A stretch of 64,000 nucleotides of DNA, from assembly GCA_963693365.1 (NCBI GenBank), contig CAVNZM010000011.1:6653921-6717920 (forward strand). The letters are read 5' to 3'. This DNA comes from Amoebidium appalachense (lineage: Eukaryota; Protista; Ichthyosporea). The notes below the pieces were generated by a model. The model made no database searches. It was given only the letters and a program-made list of their open reading frames with translations, and was not told the DNA's origin. The position numbers and the translations under genes were made by a program. Shown here piece by piece: positions 58,226-64,000 of this stretch. Every line of letters starts with the position of its first letter. The stretch's first letter is position 1.

Positions 58226-59283
58226 ATGACCAAAATAATGGAAATCGCGCCACCAAAAGTTATCCCCCGGGCGATGCCCCGGGAGGATGTCTTCTCCCAT
58301 TTTCTCGCCGGGGACGGATGCGAACTCACTCCTGAGGAAAAATCCGCGATCGCCGCCCCGACACTAAACTGCTGGAAAGTGACCCAAAACGAGGTCAAGA
58401 TGCTCTCTATGCTCACGGAAATGTTTAAATTTTTAAACCTCCAATCGAAGCTCGGCGTTCCCGAGGCTCCCCTCCGAAATTTCCTCGCGCACGTGTACAT
58501 CAACTACAACGACAACCCGTATCATAACTTCAACCACTGTTTTTGCGTAACTCAGATGATGTGCAGTATGCTCACCGCCAGCCGGAGTTGCGGGTGGCTG
58601 GGGCCCCTGGAGCAGTACGCGCTCATGATTTCTGCCCTGTGTCATGACTTGCAACACCCGGGCTTGACCAACGACTTTCAGGTAGGGCTTGAAATCTCCC
58701 TCTCTCATTTTTCGGAATGGTATGTTTGCTCCAATGGCACGGGGAAGATAGCAAACGTGTGAATTCTTGCACCTTGTTCAAGTATACAGCAATGTGTTGT
58801 CATACGGCCAATGATATATAACTGTGAAGTTTCGCTACATTCTGATCATAACTCCCCCCTCTCTTCCCCCCCTTCCCTTCCCCCCTTCTCCCCCCCCCTC
58901 CCCCCCCCCCCCCCCCCCCCCGGTGCGCGGCCGCCGCCTAGATATGCAGACTGTGCCCTTACAAACTTACCTGCGATGGGCGCACATGCACACACAAATA
59001 CACGCTAAAGCACACAACGAAAGCACACCCACACACCACACAACCACATACCCTCACAAGATCCACCACCTACTTACTCACTCTCACATCCAATTACGAT
59101 CTCAACCTCCCCCCCCCTCCCCCCCCCCCCCCTCCCCTCAGCCGGCTCAAGAAAGAAAAACATTCACACACACACTCTCTCTCCCTCGTGAGCTCTTCCT
59201 TCCCACCCCGCCTCTCCCCCTCCCCTGCCAGCTCGCTTGCCTTAAGTGTGCTCTGCTTCCCAGCAAACAAGAGCATCCGGATA

Positions 59284-59317
<34 letters not shown>

Positions 59318-59541
59318 CGAGTACACCTGCACACCTGCACAACCCACCTACACACACCCACATACACACACATCCCCCCTCCCCCCCCCCTCCCCCCTCC
59401 CCCCCACAAAAGGATGTGTAACTATTTTGTGTCCTTAACATACATTGCATCATGTTCTCCGTGTCGAAAGCCTGAGCATCGCGCGCTGTTGCAGATTCTA
59501 ACCTCTTCCCCCCTCCCCCCTCCCTCCCACACACACACACC

Positions 59542-59576
<35 letters not shown>

Positions 59577-61049
59577 CCACCCACCCACCCACCCACACAC
59601 ACACACCCACACACCCACACACACACACACACGCACACACGCACACACACAGGTGAAGAACAAGACCAAGCTAGCGGAGAAGTACTCCTCTTCCCCCCTT
59701 GAGCACCACCACGTCGACGTGGCCTTCAGTATCCTCAACAGGCCAGAGTGCAACATCATCTCCGTGCTTCCTCCCGAAGATGGCGCAAAGGTAACCATAC
59801 TCATTCCCTCTCTCCCTTGCCCCCCTCCCCCCTCCCCCCCCCTCGCTCCCCCCCCCCCCCCCCCTTCCCCCCCCATCCCAACACACACACAAACAGCCAC
59901 ACACCCAACCATTCACCAACCCCTGAGGATGGGCTCTGCGCATGATGTGTATTGCTTTCTTTTTGTGCTTTGAGATTTTGTGTCGCGTTGTCCGTCGTGA
60001 ATGTGAACGTCGTGCTCTGTAACGACACTTCAAATCCTCCATGATGATTAGTTGTGGTTTCTGTGGGTGTGTCTATGCACCAGGTGTTGCTTTTGACTGT
60101 TTTTAGATAATACCTACTTGCTGTATACTCCACAGTCACCCCCTCCCCCCCCCAATCCTCCCCTGCTCTGTCACCTTCTGCTGCATTTACAGTCTCTTTC
60201 TGATCTCCCCCCCCCCCCCCCCCTCCCCCCCCCCTCCCCTCCCCTCCCCTCCCCCCTCCCCACCTCTCCCCCCCCCCCCCCCCCCTACTCCGGCTCTGCT
60301 TATGATGCATATTGTGCGCATGGCTGATGTTGCATGCTTGAATGTTTGCCTTTGCATGTGTCCTGCACCATGCTTCTCATCGTATATGTGTACTTCGTAC
60401 CGTGTTCCGCATTCAAACCCCCCAGTCTTCTTTCAGAGGTGTCCTTTCAGGACAGACCACTGTGTGGAGACATCTTTACTTCCATGCAACCGGGCATGGT
60501 TGCTCTGTTTCGTGCATCTGTAAGCACATACGCATTTCTCGCTGCACTGAATTAGTTTGCACACACATCTTCACCGTTTTGCTCACCTTGCTTGCATAAG
60601 CAACCCTGCTCGTCTTGGATCAAGACGGGTTGACCCTCCCAAGTTCAGTTGATGCTGCTGTCTGAGTTGGAGCGTCGTATATACGCGGGCTAAGGGGTCG
60701 AAACTTAGACACAGTTGATGACTTGCTCCCTGAGGATGGGCTCTGCTTATGACGCATACTGTGCGCATGGCTGATGTTGCATACTTGAATGTTTGCCTCT
60801 GCATGTGTCCTGCACCATGCTTCTCATCGTGTATGCGTACTTCGTACCGTGTTCCGCATTCAACCCCCCCCCCCCCCCCCCCTACTCCAACCTCTCTCCT
60901 TCCCATGCCCCATCCCCCCCCCCCCTTCCCCCCTGTCTTTCTTGCTCAGGTGCGTCAACTGATTCACGACCTGACCCTAGCCACTGACATGGACCTCCAC
61001 AAAACCCTTCTCTTCCCCCCCCCCCCCCCCCAAAAAAAAAACAAAAAAA

Positions 61050-61108
<59 letters not shown>

Positions 61109-61394
61109 CCACCTCCCCTTCACTCTCTCTCCAGGTGCGACAATGGATCCAAGACCTGATCCTCGCCACCGACATGGACCTGCACAAAACCCTTCTGGAA
61201 CAATTCCGCCAAACGGTGTCGAAATTCGACCCGGAGGATTCGGGCCACAAGATGGCAGTGATGAAGATTATAATCAAGGCGTGTGATTTGAGCAATGAGG
61301 CTAGGCCTAGGCCGGTGAACTATAGGTGGAGCGACTGCTTGATGGAGGAGTTTTTCGTGCAGGGGGACATGGAGAAGGTGTGTGTACGTGTGCG

Positions 61395-61442
<48 letters not shown>

Positions 61443-61491
61443 TGCGTATTGCTATGTGTGTGTGTTTGTGTTGTGTGTGCGTGCGCGTGTG

Positions 61492-61562
<71 letters not shown>

Positions 61563-61907
61563 GCAGCAAGGGAAGAGGGGTGAAGGGGAGGGGGGCTTGT
61601 ATGGGAATATGAGTGGAGGAATGGAAAGGGGGAGGGGGGGGGGGGGGGGGGTTTGCGGAGAGGGACTATAGGTGGAGCGACTGCTTGATGGAGGAGTTTT
61701 GTGTGCAGGGGGACATGGAGAAGGTGTGGGTGTGTGTGTCTGCGCGGGGGGGGGGGGGGGGGGGGGGGGGGAAGCCCCCCTCCGCCTCCCCCCTCATCGG
61801 AGGATGGGCTCTACCTATAATGCATGCTCTTTTGTGTTTTTAGAGCTCTGCATTGTGTTGTCCGGTATGTATGTGAACTTCGTACTCTTTATCAGATTCT
61901 AACACCC

Positions 61908-61938
<31 letters not shown>

Positions 61939-62387
61939 AAAAAAAAAAAAAAACCTCACACAATCCAAAAACCAACAAACCAAAAAAAAAAAAAAAATCA
62001 CACAAACAGACACGAGGATTCAGCCCTATTGTTCTTATGGACCGAGCAAGGGCAGACCTTGTTGACGGGCAGGTTGGCTTCATCCGTTTTGTTTCTCTGC
62101 CCGTGTTTACTGAACTGGCGAGATTGATTCCCCTGGGGGATTTGGTTAGTAATATGCAGTCGAATCTGGACTTTTACCAGTCGCTGAAGGTGGGTGCAAT
62201 ATGTACAGTCGTACATGTAAACGCACCGATGCATGGTCACACACTTACACACACATGCACTCACTTACTCACTACTATAGCTGACACATGCAGGCACACC
62301 GCTTGCGCGCCCACGCCTCCACATACACGGACTAAAACACAAACACATACATATATATACACACAAATTTTTAAAGTATTAACACAC

Positions 62388-62455
<68 letters not shown>

Positions 62456-62487
62456 CACAGAGACACACACACACACACACACACATG

Positions 62488-62518
<31 letters not shown>

Positions 62519-63498
62519 CTCACACTCACTCACTCACTCAGAGTTCCCCCTCCTCCCCCCCCCTCCTCCCCCCCCCCCCCCCCCCCCCCCCCGCACACAC
62601 ACACATACACAAAAGCTCTGCGGATAGCTGCACACACAAGGCAAATGTAAAACCCTCGACAAGCACACCCAATAACAACCCATACGTCCCCCCCCCCCCC
62701 CCCCCTCCCCTCCCCCCTTCCTCTTCAACTCATGATGTTTACTATGGTGTGTGCTATATCCTGACAGAATCTTTGTTGTGTTGTCAGTCGTGGACACGTC
62801 CCCTCGTTCCTGTCACGCATTGACGTCATATGTACTGCCACAGCATTCCCCCCCCCCCCCCCCCCCCCCCCACCCACCCACCCACCCAAAACACACACAC
62901 ACACAATCGCCCTCTGTATTTTTTTCGTAACCCCCCCCCCCCCCCCCTTTCCCCTGGGCCTACTCTTTTATGCCTTCTACTCCCCTCCTCCTCCACCCCC
63001 CCCCCCCCCCCCCCCCCGCCCCACCCTTTTTGCACTGGAACACATTGGAAACCGAATCCTCGTATATTTGTTTCATATTCTTACCCTTACCCCCAAACCC
63101 ACCATTCCCAGCCTTTGCACTCTGTAAAGCATGCCAACCCACGCCCACTCCACATTCTGTAACACAATCTGACAAACCCCCCTTCCCCCCTCTGTGGCAC
63201 ATTCTCAAAGACCCCTCTTCCGCTCCGTGTAAGAAATTCTAACCAACATCCCCCCTCTCCCCACCCTCCCCACTCCGTCTCCACCTCTTCCCTCCCCCTC
63301 TCTCACCCCACACGAGCGTCGCCATAGCAACTGCAGTGTAGACAATTATATTCAATTCTTACCCCCCCCCTCCCCCCTCCAAAAAAAACAAAAAAAAAAA
63401 CAAAAAATCTGCGGACTCCGTAATGCATTTTCAACCCTCTCTCCCCCCAATCCCCTCCCCTTATTTCGGACTCTTTAATGTAACCCCTGCCCCTCCCC

Positions 63499-63530
<32 letters not shown>

Positions 63531-63733
63531 ACACACACACACAAACAATTTTCGGACTCTATAACACATTCTTACCCACTACTCCCCTCTCCCCGTCCCC
63601 TCTTCCCTCACAGGAGCGTCGCAACAGCAACTGCAGTGTCGACAATTTCCTCTCAGCGCTCAGCGCCGACAGTCACCACCTCGAACAAGACAGCATCACC
63701 GTGCAGAACCCCCCCTCCCCCCTGAACTCATAA
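58226..63733 (+). CDS. PDE9: class I cyclic-nucleotide phosphodiesterase, PDE9-like, ~380 aa
   Basis: Exons 58226-58681 (may begin at acceptor 58201), 59653-59790, 61135-61377, 62010-62189, 63614-63733; all phase 0. Motifs: NPYHNFNHCFCVTQMM, CHDLQHPGLTNDFQ, SPLEHHH, ILATDM, IKACDLSNEARP, EEFFVQGDMEK, QVGFIRFV. HCFCVxQMM and PECNI are PDE9-like. The last exon may extend into a Pro-rich tail if the C-runs are miscalled. Confidence 0.92.
60292..60862 (+). mobile_element. A-B-A element (TRIM/LTR-like): direct repeats 60292-60415 and 60731-60862 around a 315-bp non-coding segment
   Basis: Full A unit is TGAGGATGGGCTCTGC...GTTCCGCATTCA (TG..CA, TGA/TCA inverted ends). The first copy is 5'-eroded. 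No recognisable coding sequence in B. Confidence 0.75.
60950..61010 (+). repeat. copy of the acceptor plus 5' end of PDE exon 61135
   Basis: ctcag|GTGCGTCAACTGATTCACGACCTGACCCTAGCCACTGACATGGACCTCCACAAAACCCTT (VRQLIHDLTLATDMDLHKTL versus VRQWIQDLILATDMDLHKTL). Confidence 0.9.
61665..61727 (+). repeat. copy of the 3' end plus donor of PDE exon 61135-61377
   Basis: ACTATAGGTGGAGCGACTGCTTGATGGAGGAGTTTTGTGTGCAGGGGGACATGGAGAAG|gtgt has 2 mismatches to 61319-61381. Confidence 0.92.
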
Positions 63734-64000
63734 ACCCCCCCTCCTCCTCCCTACATTCCTCCCAACATCCCTCTCCCCTCTCAACCATCAACCCCTCAAC
63801 CACCCCCTCCACGCCCTCCTCCCTCTCCAACCCCACCACTCCCTCAACCCCTTCCATCTCAACCACTCCCTCCCTCTCTTCCTCTCAACTGCAAACACAA
63901 ACCACCACCACCGCTCCCGCCGCCATCAATCCACCTTCCATAAACAACACCTCCTCTCCCACTCACCCTCTTCCAAACCCAACAACCCTCACCCTTTCCC

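Overview
Eukaryotic, intron-rich genomic DNA. The introns are packed with (CA)n/(TG)n microsatellites and long C/G/A/T homopolymers, so almost all ORF-track entries are repeat artefacts. Splicing exons by hand (GT-AG, phase-checked) gives five apparently functional genes and one pseudogene: (1) a 14-exon minus-strand mosaic of GH114 glycoside hydrolase, PAN, TSP1 and hevein-like repeats (3093-16741, 5' end unresolved); (2) an RBR E3 ubiquitin ligase (+, 22617-28754); (3) a DNA polymerase beta-like pseudogene (+, 32425-37037) interrupted by an inverted glyoxalase II first-exon fragment; (4) a protein with three hnRNP Q/R-type NURR domains and no RRM (-, 39501-41798); (5) a TMEM144-family transporter (-, 44129-54247); (6) a PDE9-like phosphodiesterase (+, 58226-63733). 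The gene content suggests a unicellular holozoan such as an ichthyosporean, but this is inference only. The most notable non-coding signals are: decaying copies of exon edges, with their splice sites, stacked in the flanking introns of three genes; a ~130-bp TG...CA repeat (one A-B-A, TRIM-like copy) always co-oriented with its host gene; 35-41 bp elements with CAAGGCC terminal inverted repeats and 8-bp TSDs; and acceptors preceded by (CA)n or poly-A instead of a pyrimidine tract. All family assignments come from motif recognition by eye; no searches were run. Several 1-nt homopolymer frameshifts suggest long-read consensus errors.
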